Part shown: positions 1 through 12,620 of the stretch, piece after piece | How positions within the stretch are numbered: the stretch's first letter is position 1 | Layout: each line of letters begins with the position of its first letter | Assembly (NCBI GenBank): GCA_021432655.1 | Contig: MU271267.1 | Location: 1-64,000, forward strand | Length of the DNA: 64,000 nt | Origin: Atractiella rhizophila | Taxonomy: Eukaryota | Direction: 5' to 3' | The notes under the pieces: model-generated | Database searches by the model: none | Seen by the model: the letters and a program-made list of their open reading frames with translations, nothing else | What the model was told of the DNA's origin: nothing | Program-made: the position numbers and the translations under genes

Positions 1-149
1 ACTTGAACGCGGGCGAAGAGAATCGATTGCGTCACTCAACGGGAAGTCAAGGTCGGGTACATGGGAGCGCCAGTAAAATGATAGAATTCGGGATATATTA
101 CGGGCTGTTCTTTCAACGGCACTTCCTTCTCCTCTTTCTTTCACTGCGT

Positions 150-1700
150 GACAACTTTGTCCACCATCCGCTCCCACAACACGCCACTCGACCGTCAAAA
201 CCGCAACTGGTCCCTTCGCCGCTGTTCTCCTCGTCTCCTTACTACCCAGACTCTTCTTCATCCACTCCCTCCTCGCGATCCCAAACCACTCTCACCCACG
301 CAAGTACGAATCGCTCTTCGACTCCTCATCCGACCATCCACCTCTCCACTCAAATTAGATCTCCTTCTCCGTCTTGACTGTCGCTTTCACCTTCGCTCTG
401 ACGTATCTTCATGCAATGTACCGCACAGGCTCCAAATGCGCATTCGAAGCGGATCTACTCGCGCAGCACAAGGGCGAATGCGATGCCTTTCTTCCTCTTC
501 TCGCCTTCCTCCTCCTTTGACGTATCCCGATAAAATAGCTGGAGTCCCCGGACAGATCGGTTCGGAGAATGACAGGAGGATAAGAGGGGCAGGGGAGGAA
601 GATCATTTGGTAGACGCGGGGGTCGTTGGTGCGAAGGGGCTGCTGCGGGGAGAGGATTTGTTTGAGCTGCTTGCATATCTGAGGAGGCGAGGGGGCGGCG
701 GAGAGGGTTGTACACCACATCCGCCAACTACCACGTCTCTGCTCTTCGGCCAGCAGGACATCATATAACCATTCATTGGGTTCTCTACAGGAAATAGCAT
801 GAAGGATCTTCCTCCCCTCAAGCATCCGATACATCCAATCCTGTCCCTCCCCTCTGCTCCGCCTCCTTCCACTACGAAAACGGGGCGAGGAACGTGTCGA
901 TCGACCCATCTTTTGCCTTTGCCATTTGCCTCTGCCACTTCTCTACCCGGCCCACTTGGAGACATATAGGGAAGGGGCTCTCTTCCTCATTCGCTAATGC
1001 CATTGTTAGGAGTGTAGACGAGCAAGATTCTGGAAAGGAGGAGAAGGAGAAAAGGATGGGAAGAGGTGTGGGAGTGGAGAGAGAGAGCTGGTGGAGAGGA
1101 AGAGGAAATGAAGGAGGAGGATAAGGAAAGGTTGAAGTAGGTCTGGAGGAGGGAATGCAGCCGAGAGGGGAGGTGACGTGGAGAACACCGGTGGAGCGGC
1201 GTTGCTGCTTCTTTCGGAACGAGGACTACTGGTGAAGATGATGAGATAAGGGTTTTGGTTACCGAATGAGGAATAGAGAGAGCGAACCAGGAAGGTAGCG
1301 GTAAGCGACCATGTTGTCCGTCCTCCCTACTTTCACACAATCTCCACAACGCTGATTCCCTGCGATGTGATGGAGCAGGACACAGGACCCGTTGCTATTG
1401 AAGCTTTCCTTATCCAAAGCAGAACGACTCGCATAAGCAGTGCTGACTACCCACAGAATGTTCACATCTATGGTAAAGTGAGATCATTAAAAGACGACCG
1501 GTTGTATACTTCCTTGCCTAAGACAAGGGGAGATTGACGATGGTGGCTAGACTTAGACTGCGGACAACTGGCGATTCGAAAGACGAAACACCTTATACGT
1601 GCTGCTGACCTTCACATTCCAAGCGTCGCTTGTGTATCGATGTATATCGAAGCAAAAACAGTCCAATGCGCCAACGATCCTATCAGAACTCAGAACTTTC
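150..1700 (-). pseudogene. Decayed copy B1 of an unknown minus-strand gene co-duplicated with the F-box/LRR unit (boundaries approximate)
   Basis: DNA similarity to 5700-7520, 11500-12620, 18850-20420, 29954-31560 and 33392-34330 (shared + strand words such as gctgcttctttcggaa and gctgatyccwtgcgatg). Shared peptide fragments REPxEWLxDxL and SRSASxAxxExxRY fall in shifting frames with stops. Confidence 0.6.
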
Positions 1701-2808
1701 CTACCACGCTAGGTTGAGTGCCGTGTAATGGCTTCATCACGGTTGCTGTGGGGGAATTGCAACTATCTCCCTTCGAACAGCCACTTTCCGACGTGATGCG
1801 CGGAAGGAGATGACTTCGAAGTCACCTTGGTCGAACCTTCCTCCTCTACTTCAACCAACAACCACCCTTTGAGGCGGAAACAGCCCTGCCTGAGCGTCCT
1901 TACGAGTTTTCATGATCACTCGCTTAAGAGAGCGAGGAGGGAAGTGTGAGAATGAGCACGATGAATCCGTCTTGGCTTATGTGGCACTGGCGTTCGGATG
2001 TGAATGAAGGAGGACGAGGGATGGAGTGAGGGCACAGAAGTGATGGGTGGTACCAGTAAGAAGCGGCGAGTGATAGAGCGGCTGATGGGGAAGCAGAAGA
2101 GGAGAAAGGGAACAGTGAAGGAAGGACAGCTCGCCGGATGTCATCCTTAACTGCTTGCACACTTCGCTCGCAATGAGAGCACGACAAAGTCGACACATAC
2201 TTCGAACGACTCCGAGTTTCTGAACTCTCTCCCTCAGTCTTCCGTAAGTCACCTATCCGCGAGGGAATGACGGCAGCGTTTGTCACATGTTCCCCGCCTC
2301 CTCGGTCGATTTACTCGACTAGTCTTTGCAGAGAAAAAAGGGGGAGGAGTATCAAACCAAAAATTTACAGGTGCAGGTACGGACGCCTGCCCTCAAAAGA
2401 CCATTCATTATTTTGATTTCCACTCTAGCAGGAACGTCCAACAACGTCCGATCCCCACATGCTCTGCTTAAATCCCATCATTCATTCCAGAGTGTTAATT
2501 CTGTACGACCTCCTCCTTCAGTCTGAGTTCTCCGCATCAAATAAAGGCATACAACGCCCCCCAACAACAGTGTGAGGAAATGCTTTTCTAGGTCGTCTCA
2601 CAGCTCACAGTTTCGGACTCGAGAACTCATTGCAACTTTTCGTCAATCTTGGTCAAAGTTTCGATCCTGTCAGCATGGGAATGAAAATGAGATGGGCAGG
2701 GATGAGGGTGGCGCCTGCTGATGATGCGACCCATGCATGATTTCATCTCCACCTTTGATATTCTTTTATTCCTAACATGGGTTCCAGTCTGCTATCTCCT
2801 CTCAAAGG

Positions 2809-4440
2809 ATGATGGAGCAGCAAACATCTAGCGCACGCCAGGGCTCTCAGGCACCAGACTCGACGGCACTTGTCCATGTCATCACCCCACGCTACATGTC
2901 ACCGATCCACGTGTGCATTCTTCCCTCTTTCCCAACTCACCTCCATGCATCAATTCACACGTTCCAGATTTCCTTTGCCTCATCGCGATCATTGGGGAGG
3001 TGGGACCCTGTAGATATGTCATCAAAATTGTTTTATTTATCACTTGAACGGGTCAAAAATACGGTCGACAAGGATGGTGCAATCAACCTTCACATTACCA
3101 TCAACCGCAAAAATGACTCAATAACCTTTTTGGACATTGAAGGGCACGCGTCGACTGTCGAAAAAGATATCGAATTAGAGGTCGACCGACTTGCTTCATA
3201 TCGCGATCCATATGCCCGCACAGAGAATGCCATCTTCACCGCCGTAGGCATATACAGCGAACACGGAAGATACTTCATTCCCATCAGAGACAACGAATCA
3301 TCACGCCTGCCGTCCCTCAGCGAAGCTATTATTATCCAACTCTCTCTCCCAGATGTTATTCCATGCTCCATCTCACACTTGCCTGTTGAGCTCCTCTGTC
3401 TCATATTCGGTTTCTGTGAAGACGCTTGCATTGTCGCTAAGGTTTGCGAGCTCTGGAGGGAAGTTTCAGCTCCGTATTGGCATGAGCCTAGTCATGTGGC
3501 GGAAAAGTACGACCGGTTGGAACGCTATCCGGGTGCTGGACGACTGTGGCGCGGATTGAGGTTTGACAAAAGCATGGACGTTGGGATGTCGAAAAAGCTC
3601 ATTGCGGGCTCGCCAAATGTCACGAGGGTGTGGATGGATGCATTTTGGAATGAAGAGGAGGCGAAGATTGTGTTGGATGCAATCGAAGGCTTGAAACTGG
3701 TTGACGATGTCATGTTTGGAGAAGGTTCGAGAAAGTGGAGGAAGGAGGAGATCGAGAACTTCATGTGGAGGATGGGTAACAGGATCAGAAAGTTCATAGC
3801 TTACGACGTGGAGGACTCTCCTACTTCAGCCTCTGCCGATCTTCACTTATCTTCTCGCCTCGAATACCTGAGCCTTTATAGTTACCCGCTTGTCTCATCG
3901 CTTTCCCTCCCACCCATCATCAAGTGCCTCCAACTCTCCAATATGTGTCCACTCCGTTCCTCCATCTCAAACTACCCTCTGCCGCCTTTTCTGGAATATC
4001 TCACAGTGGTGCTCGCCTCCTTCGCCTTTAGCGGAAAGACCTCCATCCTATCCACTGCGTTAGACCTATCATCCCTCCGATACCTCACCAGGCTGCTCCT
4101 CGATGGGGGCGAAGAAACGTCAAACCTCGTTTCTCGCCAGTTCTTCAGCACTCTCAAAAATGCAACAGCGATTTATGTGATAACACTCAAGTACTGTGTG
4201 ATAGACTCGTTCGACTTCCCAGACTTCATCCGCTGGTTCTTTGGGGATTGGCGGGTGCGGAGGATCGAAAAGGGGGATCAGGTTGATGGAAACGGGATAG
4301 GGAAACATCTTGAGGTTCGTTTATTCTTTGGAGAGTGGCGTGAGGAACAGGTCGTGCTTGCGAGGACTATGATGGGAAAGTACACAAGGAGTGAGAGTTC
4401 AGGCATTTGGGAGCCTGGGGAGGGGGACCAGTGGCCGTGA
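2809..4440 (+). CDS. F-box/LRR-like protein, copy F1 (543 aa, intronless, intact)
   Basis: Uninterrupted ORF. F-box-like LPVELLCLIFGFCEDACIVAKVCELWREVSAPYW is followed by LxxLxL repeats (LEYLSL, IKCLQL, LTRLLL). Paralogous to F2-F6. Confidence 0.85.
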   Translation: MMEQQTSSARQGSQAPDSTALVHVITPRYMSPIHVCILPSFPTHLHASIHTFQISFASSRSLGRWDPVDMSSKLFYLSLERVKNTVDKDGAINLHITINRKNDSITFLDIEGHASTVEKDIELEVDRLASYRDPYARTENAIFTAVGIYSEHGRYFIPIRDNESSRLPSLSEAIIIQLSLPDVIPCSISHLPVELLCLIFGFCEDACIVAKVCELWREVSAPYWHEPSHVAEKYDRLERYPGAGRLWRGLRFDKSMDVGMSKKLIAGSPNVTRVWMDAFWNEEEAKIVLDAIEGLKLVDDVMFGEGSRKWRKEEIENFMWRMGNRIRKFIAYDVEDSPTSASADLHLSSRLEYLSLYSYPLVSSLSLPPIIKCLQLSNMCPLRSSISNYPLPPFLEYLTVVLASFAFSGKTSILSTALDLSSLRYLTRLLLDGGEETSNLVSRQFFSTLKNATAIYVITLKYCVIDSFDFPDFIRWFFGDWRVRRIEKGDQVDGNGIGKHLEVRLFFGEWREEQVVLARTMMGKYTRSESSGIWEPGEGDQWP

Positions 4441-5019
4441 AGGCAGAATGGGGCTCCGGACTCGTTACTCTCTCAATCTCAGTACCTAACGCCTTTCTGT
4501 GGACACGACAGAAGCCTTCTCCCACCATGCTACCATTAGATTGCGACGATTTGGGGCTGTACCAGATACCAGCCATCAACTGCTGCATAGGGCAACAGAG
4601 AGCGGCACCTTGCCGCAAATTCGAAATGAGGCATCATTCACCGCTGGAATCGAGGGTGAAAGGGATGAGGACCCTTGTTCTTCTTAGGATCGAGTCCAAA
4701 GGATTAAAGGTAGCGCGCATGTAAGAGAATTTAAATGTATGTCGTTCAAAAAACAACTGTGATCGGACGGAAGGACGGGATGCCTGGAGTTTCGTTGAAG
4801 AATGAAGAGTGGTGCATTGAACTCGGGACTGCGCTGGCGACACTTGCCTTACTAGCAGGCAAGCTCTTTGCCTAGTATATAATACTTCCATGCAATGGTT
4901 CCCTGCTCTGCCGCTAAGTTGGGGAGATAGCAGCGCTCTTCCCGGATTGAGTCATTGGTTGAGTGAGATCAATCGAAGTAGAGTTGCGCCAGGTGCGCTC
5001 GATAAAACGACCACAGCGT

Positions 5020-7520
5020 CTTCGATAACAGCACTTCAGCGCGAAACATATGATGAAATCAACGTGCATAGTTGCATACATACATAATCCGGTCCAACAA
5101 GCCTCACAACACACTCCTTCTTGGGGCTCTTATCATTCTTCCCCAACCACTCCCATCACTCCAACTCTGGCCAACACCGCAAACTCGAGAGAGGACTTAC
5201 CGGATGGAGACTCTGCTTGAGCTTCTCTGCCTTCTCGCCATCAGCAAGCACGAGTGTGTAATGGTATTTTGAGTATCGGATCTTGGACTTGGTGACCGAC
5301 GGAATCGAAGGCTTTGGATTTCTTGGTGGAGGGGCGACTGAGGGTCTGGCGCTTGCGGGGGATACGTACGCTTTATGCGAGCGGCTGCATTGTGGAGTTA
5401 TCCGTTATGGGAGTGAGGGGGAAGGAGAGAAGAGGCGCTTGGCATACTTTCATCGAGCAATATCAAGGAGCAAGTACTGGCAAGTTTCAGATTCCTATGC
5501 CCACAAATTGGCGAACATGAACTGCTTCATGTCCTTAATTCCCCTTCGTCACCAGTCTAATGTCGCCGCTGTACTAAACCAACAAGAGGACGGAAGGCTT
5601 CCGGGCTGACTTGCAGTTCGCACTTGCTCAATCGTAGAAATGGTTCGCACCATACTGCCAGTATTTACTCCTCCTGATTACTCCTCCTTACTAATCAGTT
5701 CATAGTCCGCATGATGTCGATGACACTTGTGCGGCTTTGGAAGTCGATGATCGGTGCGGCTAACATTGCGGCGCAGAAAGCAGGATCGACAAACGAGATC
5801 GACGACGGCATTCAAGTATTCGAAAGTCACGACGCGTTGCTGCTGCATCAGTGCCACAGCGCCCAGCTCTTCCCTCGATTCCAACGTTGTACGGCTAGGT
5901 CTACCATCCGTTCCGCAACGCGCCTCGTCTCCCGTCCACACGGCAACTTGTTCGACTCCATCCCGGCTTTCTCCTTCGACAACCCAAAGCCTTTTCGTCC
6001 TTCCCACCTCTCGATCCCAAACCGCTCTCCCCCATGCAAATGTTAGCCGCTCTTTCACTCCTCACCGACCCACCGCCTCTCTGCACACTCAAATCCTATC
6101 CCCACTCCTACACCTTCTGTGCCGTCTCCTTCGCCTTCACTTTCGCTCGTGAGGTACTGCACCTCGACGTACCGCAGATACTCCCAACACGTACAAGAAG
6201 TGGGTCTACTCGCGCCACGGAGCAAATCCCACACGGTCTCTCCCCCGTTTCCGTCCCTTTTGTCCAGATGGAGCCGCTGGAGCAGTCTTGCGGACAAGAC
6301 GGTTTGGAAGGCGAAGAGGGTGGGAGACATAGTGAGATGGGTTCGTCGAGGTGTGTTTGGTGATGGAGAAAGCGGAGGAGGAGGGCAGTTTTTGTTTGAA
6401 GGAGGAGTGCTGGGGGGTGGGTGAGGACCGTACGGGTGGGGAGTGGTGAGAGGAGCGAAAAACATTGCACCACTTACGTCTGTCTGCTCTTTCGCCTGCA
6501 GGATATCGAGCAACCAATACTCAGTTTCTCTGTAGGACGTTGGCATGGACGCCTCTCTCCTCAACCGTCCTGCACACCCAGCATCTTGCCCTCCCCTATC
6601 CTCCCTTCTTCCACTTTGACAATGCGGCGAGGGACACGTCGAGCGACCCACTTTCGCTTGCGCCATTCATCTCCCCTGTCTCCAACTTCCCTCAGCTGGC
6701 TCGCTAGAACCAGTCGGGGAAGGGCTCCCTCGTTCTCTAATGTCTTTATTAGGAGAGGCGCGAGTGGGATTCCAGAATTGAGGAGGGGAGGGGAATTTCA
6801 TGGAAAGCTGGAGCAGATGTTGTGATGGAGAGGTGATGTCGAGGAAATGGGAGGATGAGAGCATGAGGACGAGGATGGATTGAAGAAGGGTATCGAGGAG
6901 GAAAGGGAGTCGGGAAGGGAGGTGGCATGGGAGAGAACGGGTGCAGCATTGGTGCTGCTTCTTTCGGAATGAAGAGTACGAGCGGGCGTGATTTCATGAG
7001 AAACGATTGAATGGCTCTCTGGTTGAGGAACGAGGGACGGGGAGATAGAACCAGGAAGGTAATACTAATATACTTTGTTGTCAGTCTTCCTTCCTTTACA
7101 CTCTTTCCTGTTCACAAAGCTGATCCCATGCGATGCGATGGAGCAGCGCGTGGGAGCTGACATTGTCGACTCTCTCGCGCGTTTTCTAAGGGTGGACGCC
7201 TTTCAGCTTCTCGTTAGCAGTGCCAGCTTCCCCTGAATATTCACATATATGATAAGGTAGGAGCATGAAAAGACGAAATCGCACAATTTGTACGCCTCCC
7301 TATCCTAAGACCAGTGGGGATTGATGACAGTGGCTGCACTCAGATTGTGGACGGACGGCCCATCCAAAAGCGATTCGAAAGATGGCCCACCTAAGGCTTC
7401 TCGCTGCCGTTCAAGTTTCAAGCCCTGCTGCTCTCATATCGCCCTATATCAGGTCACGAAACAGCTCCATTCTTCAACAATCCTATGAGAACTCATGCAA
7501 CAGCCCTCGTCATGATTCCT
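5020..7520 (-). pseudogene. Decayed copy B2 of the co-duplicated minus-strand gene, including its 3' portion
   Basis: Homologous to the other B copies. The 3' part (5020-5600) matches 18220-18800 (EKLKQSL; cgagcggctgcattgt). Multiple frameshifts and stops. Confidence 0.6.
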
Positions 7521-8328
7521 TTCGGAGGTTATAAAACACTTCCCATTTTCCAGCGCGAACTCCCTTTTGTCATCCATTGTGTTGGAGTGCCATTTTTCAT
7601 GGGATTGTCATCTTCTATCCAGGCCTGCATTGCTGCTGCGCTGCTGCTAGATGGATTCGGAAACTGATGAAGGATACTGAGTGCACAGGGACACATAAGC
7701 TGAAGGCGAAATGAAAGACAGAGGAACGAAGGGGGAAGAGGGAGCAATTTGCTGGATGTCATTTGTGAGTAATTCAGACTGCAATATCTCGCAAACACAC
7801 TTCTCCCAAACCCAAACTGAGACTGATATTTCCACTTCAAGGCCTTCTTCTACCCCACCAAATGGCGCGAACCTCTCAACTCCATCATCTCTCCTCTTGT
7901 CTTCTGCTTAGCTTCTATCCACGAGGGAACCACCGCGGCATTCATTATCATGTTCCTTTCCCCCTCCAGCAATTTGTGAAACTAAGTCAAGTCAACAGGT
8001 CATTGCAGCGTCGGGAAGGGGAGCAGTATCAAACCGAGGTGTTCACTACGGAAATCTTTACCGCCAGTCAGCTCCAACGTCCGTTCCCCACATCCACCGC
8101 TTGAATCACTTCTTCATTCTCAGAGTCACCCTCTGCGCACGCCATAAACCTGCTATCGTCCTCCTTAAGTCCATGTTTTCCGCCTCATATAACAACCCCG
8201 TTCTATCGCCAACAACAAACGATCCATCCATCTCCCCATTCTCCTTCATTCTCCCAAGAACTTGTTCATCTAGCTAGTCTCGCTGTTCGGGGGATCTTTG
8301 TCGTCAAATCACGGTCTCACTTCTCAGG

Positions 8329-8505
8329 ATGGAAAGGAAGATGAGAAGGAAGATGAGAAGAATAATTAGGATGAGAAGGCTGACGATGAGGATGGCAAAG
8401 GCTTATGATGCGATTAAGGCACAATCTGTTCTCCACCTTCAGCTTTCTTCTTCTCTTCTCATGTGGGTTATGGGGGGTAGTCTGCTGTGTCCTCTCAAAA
8501 GATGA
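8329..8505 (+). promoter_or_regulatory. Candidate upstream ORF (58 aa) whose TGA overlaps the F2 start codon (ATGA)
   Basis: ATG 8329 reads MERKMRR...MGGSLLCPLKR* with TGA at 8503-8505 overlapping ATG 8502. The same terminal arrangement occurs before F1, F3 and F4. Confidence 0.4.
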
Positions 8506-10088
8506 AGGCTCTTGTCCATGTCATCACCCCAGAACGCAGATGTGAAAGTATTGACATTGCGATTCTTCCGTCTTTCCTATCTCACCTGCCACCGTCAGTT
8601 CACACGCTCCGGATTTCATTTGTCTTTTCTCGTTCAATGGGCCAGTATTGGAAACCGTACTCAAAATTGTCTAATTTATCACTTGAACGGGTCAAAAGGG
8701 TTGTCGACAACGATGGTGTAATCAACCTTTGTGTTACCATCAACCATGAAAATGTCACAGTGACCTTTTTGGGGGTTGAAGGGTATCTGTCGGCTGCCAA
8801 AAGAGCTGTCAAAAGTGCTCTGCATGATCCATATGGCGACCAGTATTGTTATTCTTGCGTGTTTCCTTATGTTCGCGAGAATGCTATATTCGCCCACATA
8901 GCCTCATATTCCGAAGACAAACGGTGCTTCGTCCCCGTCACTGGCGACGATTCGTCATGCTTCCCGTCCCTCCGGGGAGCCAGTATCATCCAGCTTTCTT
9001 TTCCACCTCCACGTATTACTTCATGCTCAATCTCATCCTTGCCTGTGGAGCTCCTCTCTCTCATATTCAGTTTCTTCGACGATGTTTCCACCCTTTCTGA
9101 TGTATGCAAGCTCTGGAAGGCCGTTGCAGTTCCTTATTGGGATGAGCCTCGTTCTTTGGTGCGAAAGTATGAGCGGTTGAAATGCTATCCGGGTGCTGGA
9201 CGTCTATGGGAGAGACTGATGTTTGACAAAAGTATGGATGTCGGGATGGTGAAGGAGGTCATTGCAGGCTCGCCGAATGTCACAGAAGTGGTCATGGCTG
9301 CATTTTGGAATGAAGAGGAGGCGAAGATTGTGTTGAACGCAATCGAAGGCTTGAAACGGGTGGATGACGTCAGGTTTTGGAGTGGAAAGTGGAGGACGGA
9401 GGAGATCGAGAACTTTATGGGGAGGATGGGCGACAGGATCAGAAAGTTCACTGCTTATAATGTGGAGGACTCGCCCGCTGCAGCCTCAGCGGGCCTTTAC
9501 TTATCTTCTCGCCTCGAATACCTCCGCCTTTCCAAGTACCCACCTCTCCCATCACTTTCCCTCCCACACACCATCGAGCGCCTCGAACTCTCCAATATGT
9601 GTCCCCTCCCTTCCTCCATCTCAGAGTCCCCTCTGCCGCCTCTTCTGGAACATCTCGATATTGTGCTCGCCCCCTTCTCCACTGATGGAAAGACCTCCAT
9701 CCTGCCTACTCCGCTTGACTTATCACACCTCATACACCTCACCACGCTGGTCCTCGACGGGGGCGAAGAAACGTCAAACCTCGTTTCCCACAAGTTCTTC
9801 GGCACCCTCAAAAACGCAACGCAGATAAGTGAGATAACATTCTGGGACTGTGTGGTGGACTCGTTCAACTTCCCAGACTTCATCCGCTGGTTCTTTGGGG
9901 ATTGGCGGGTGAGGGGAGGTGAGAAGGGGGATCGGGTTGATGGAAAGGCGATAGGGCGAGACCTTGAGGTTCGTTTATTCTTTGGAGAGTGGAGCGAGGA
10001 GGAGATTGTGATTGCGAGGAGTACGATGGAAAAGTACACAGCCAGCCAGGAGTCAGGCATTTGGGAGCCTGGGGAGGGGGAGGAATGA
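8502..10088 (+). CDS. F-box/LRR-like protein, copy F2 (intronless, intact; ATG 8502 preferred over the track's GTG 8487)
   Basis: Open frame with F-box LPVELLSLIFSFFDDVSTLSDVCKLWKAVAVPYW, LRR-like strands and the family C-terminus LEVRLFFGEW...SGIWEPG. Confidence 0.85.
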   Translation: MKALVHVITPERRCESIDIAILPSFLSHLPPSVHTLRISFVFSRSMGQYWKPYSKLSNLSLERVKRVVDNDGVINLCVTINHENVTVTFLGVEGYLSAAKRAVKSALHDPYGDQYCYSCVFPYVRENAIFAHIASYSEDKRCFVPVTGDDSSCFPSLRGASIIQLSFPPPRITSCSISSLPVELLSLIFSFFDDVSTLSDVCKLWKAVAVPYWDEPRSLVRKYERLKCYPGAGRLWERLMFDKSMDVGMVKEVIAGSPNVTEVVMAAFWNEEEAKIVLNAIEGLKRVDDVRFWSGKWRTEEIENFMGRMGDRIRKFTAYNVEDSPAAASAGLYLSSRLEYLRLSKYPPLPSLSLPHTIERLELSNMCPLPSSISESPLPPLLEHLDIVLAPFSTDGKTSILPTPLDLSHLIHLTTLVLDGGEETSNLVSHKFFGTLKNATQISEITFWDCVVDSFNFPDFIRWFFGDWRVRGGEKGDRVDGKAIGRDLEVRLFFGEWSEEEIVIARSTMEKYTASQESGIWEPGEGEE

Positions 10089-10399
10089 TGTGGAAGGCAC
10101 AGTCTGATTCCGGCTCCACCTCTGGAGCTACTGAATCAGACTCCCGACTCTCACATCGCTCTGAGGAGTCCATGATTGATGGAGGTGGCCGTGAATATGA
10201 AAGAGTTCACGAGGGGGCTTGTGCACTCGTTTTGCTAGCCAGGCAAATGCCTAGATTACAATTGGGAGGATACCACTAGGGCAGCCCGACGTTCAAATGA
10301 TTGTTAACTAACTCGTTGACAAAATGTACAACAAAGGATTTTTTGCTGAGAGGAAGTCCTTTGGACTGTGAATAATACGATTTACAGGAGAAAGCAAAA

Positions 10400-11200
10400 G
10401 AAGCGCCCTCTCATAAGTCCAGCCAAGTCCAAGGCTGGCCATTTAGCTCCACCTTCACCGCATTGGAGCTGTTCACACTCAGCTCGGAACTTCGAATTCA
10501 AACCCTGCTCCGGTGACTTCCTCAACACGTCCCTCCCAACCCCCAACACCTTCAGCACATTCATCACCTCTTCCACCCCATTTTTCCTTCCCCTCGCCTC
10601 CATCCACGCTCCTAGGGTAGAATGGTTGAGGGGCAGGATATAACGCAATACACCAATCCGCCGCACCTTTTGAGCTTCTCTTTCTTTTCAACGGAACAGG
10701 TGCTTTAGGAGAATTCTAGGTCCGCTTCTGCAAGCCTGAATGACGGTGGTTGATAAAGCTGCTGGACTAGGAGATGCAAAAGAGTGGGGATGCTGTAAGT
10801 CGTTGGAGAGGATGAAGGGGAGAATCGGAGAGGAGGGAAGGTCTGCAGCGGTGGCTGCTCTACTTCATCTGCATCTGTAGGCAAGTGTCAATCCAACCTT
10901 CTGAATGGTAGAACATAAAATACCATCGTAAAGAAAGAAAGGAGGCAGGCTTACCTCGACTAGTGTCTCTCTGTGCCAGACACTCCACCACAGTTGCCTT
11001 TCCGATTCCAGGTTCCCATGACAGCAGATTATTCATTACACGCCTACACAAAATCCTAACCACCATCCCTTCTAAGGCCTTCATTCAGCTTTACCTCCGC
11101 CGCAAGCGAGGCAGTTCGACCGTATTCTTATTGACAGCATCGTACCCATCCTCCGCCGTCTTCTTCCAGCTTTCGACACCTTCTCCGCTGCCTCCTTACC
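10400..11200 (-). pseudogene. HSP104: Degenerate Hsp104/ClpB AAA+ disaggregase fragment (start of NBD1)
   Basis: RILCRRVMNNLLSWEPGIGKATVVECLAQR resembles the Hsp104/ClpB [27 protein letters not shown] Walker A region. Upstream KTAEDGYDAVNK resembles the N-domain/NBD1 linker. Probable intron donor gtaagc at 10954. Frameshifted. Confidence 0.7.
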
Positions 11201-11499
11201 CTGTCTGGCCGCTAGCCACACGAGGGGATCATGCAGTGCTCTGCGTTGTCGCTGACTCGCTTGAGAGAAAGGTGAGGCGTGTGGAAATGATCGATCACAT
11301 CACTCAACTTGAAGTCACGGTTGAGAACATGGGATTGCTAAGGAGCTCGGAGGAGCGTTAGGGAGGGAAGATGGAGGAAGATCGAGGGGGAGGGGTGAAT
11401 GGAGCGGCTAACTCGAATGCGGCACAGAGGATCGACTACGTCATTCAACTTGCGGGGGACCGCTAAACGGTGGAATCGGTGGAATCCGAATAAGCCTCG

Positions 11500-12620
11500 T
11501 CGACCGTCCTGACCGCAACCTGTTCCACTGCACCCATTCCCTTCATTCCCTGCACGACGCATGGCTCCTCTTCGCCCCCGTCACCTCCGGCATGGGATCC
11601 CAAATCACACTCCCCCCGCGCAAGTACAAACTGCTCTCCTAGTCCTCACCAAGACATCACTTCTCTCCATACTGCACTCAAATTTCACCTCCACCATCCA
11701 GCTTCTCCGTCATGTCCCCTGTCGCCGTCTCCTTCACTTTCCCTTTACCACTACCCGACATACCGCAAGGGCCTTTAAGGTGCTTTGGAATATCGGCTCG
11801 CGTCGCACAAGAGCAAATGCCGTATCCTCCCCGTCGTTCCGCTCCTTCCTCCTTCGCTTTATTCAATATTCATTAGATAGACCGGCTGGGGTAGGCTGTA
11901 GAAAGCTTGAGGATGCCGCGGAGGGAAGATAAGGAACGATGAGGAGGGAGATGGGTTGATCGAAGCGGGTTCGTGACACCAGGTAGAGGATCTGTTTCAA
12001 GCTATGTGCATATCCTGAGAAGGGGAAAGTGAGGACCGGAACAAGGGCAGTGATGGAGAGGAGTGGAAACATTCCACCACGCACCGTTTCTCTCCTCGTT
12101 CGCCTGCGGGCATCACATAACCGTTCAACGGGGTTCTCTGGAGGACATTGGCATGGAAGACCTCCCGCTGCCCAACCATCCGGTCCGCCAAATCCCGTCC
12201 CTCCCTATCTGCTAGCTCCCCCTTCTACTTCGACAAAGTAGCGAGTAATGCGTCGAGCGTCCATCTTTCCTCTTCGACAATCATCTCACCGACCATCCTC
12301 GCCGGCTGGCAGGAACAACGTGGGATATTCGGTGAGGGCACACTTCTCCACTTTCTCATGTCGTTTTTAGGAGTGGGTGGTCATTGGCAAGATTTTGGAA
12401 TGCACCAGGGGGAGGAGAATGAATGGAATGTGGGAGAGTACACGTGGAAATGGAGAAGTGATGTTGGGGAAGGGGGAGGAGAGGATGAGGAAGGATTGAA
12501 GAAGGGTCTAGAGGAGGGAAGGAGACGAGAGATAGGTAGCGTGGGAGAGAGTCGGTGCAGCATCTTGCTGAACGAGGGTCCCCAGCGAGGGTGATGTGAT
12601 GTGATAATGATTGAGCGGCG
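11500..12620 (-). pseudogene. Decayed copy B3 of the co-duplicated minus-strand gene
   Basis: Matches other B copies (ggacattggcatggaagacc; ggattgaagaagggt); no long open frame. Confidence 0.55.
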
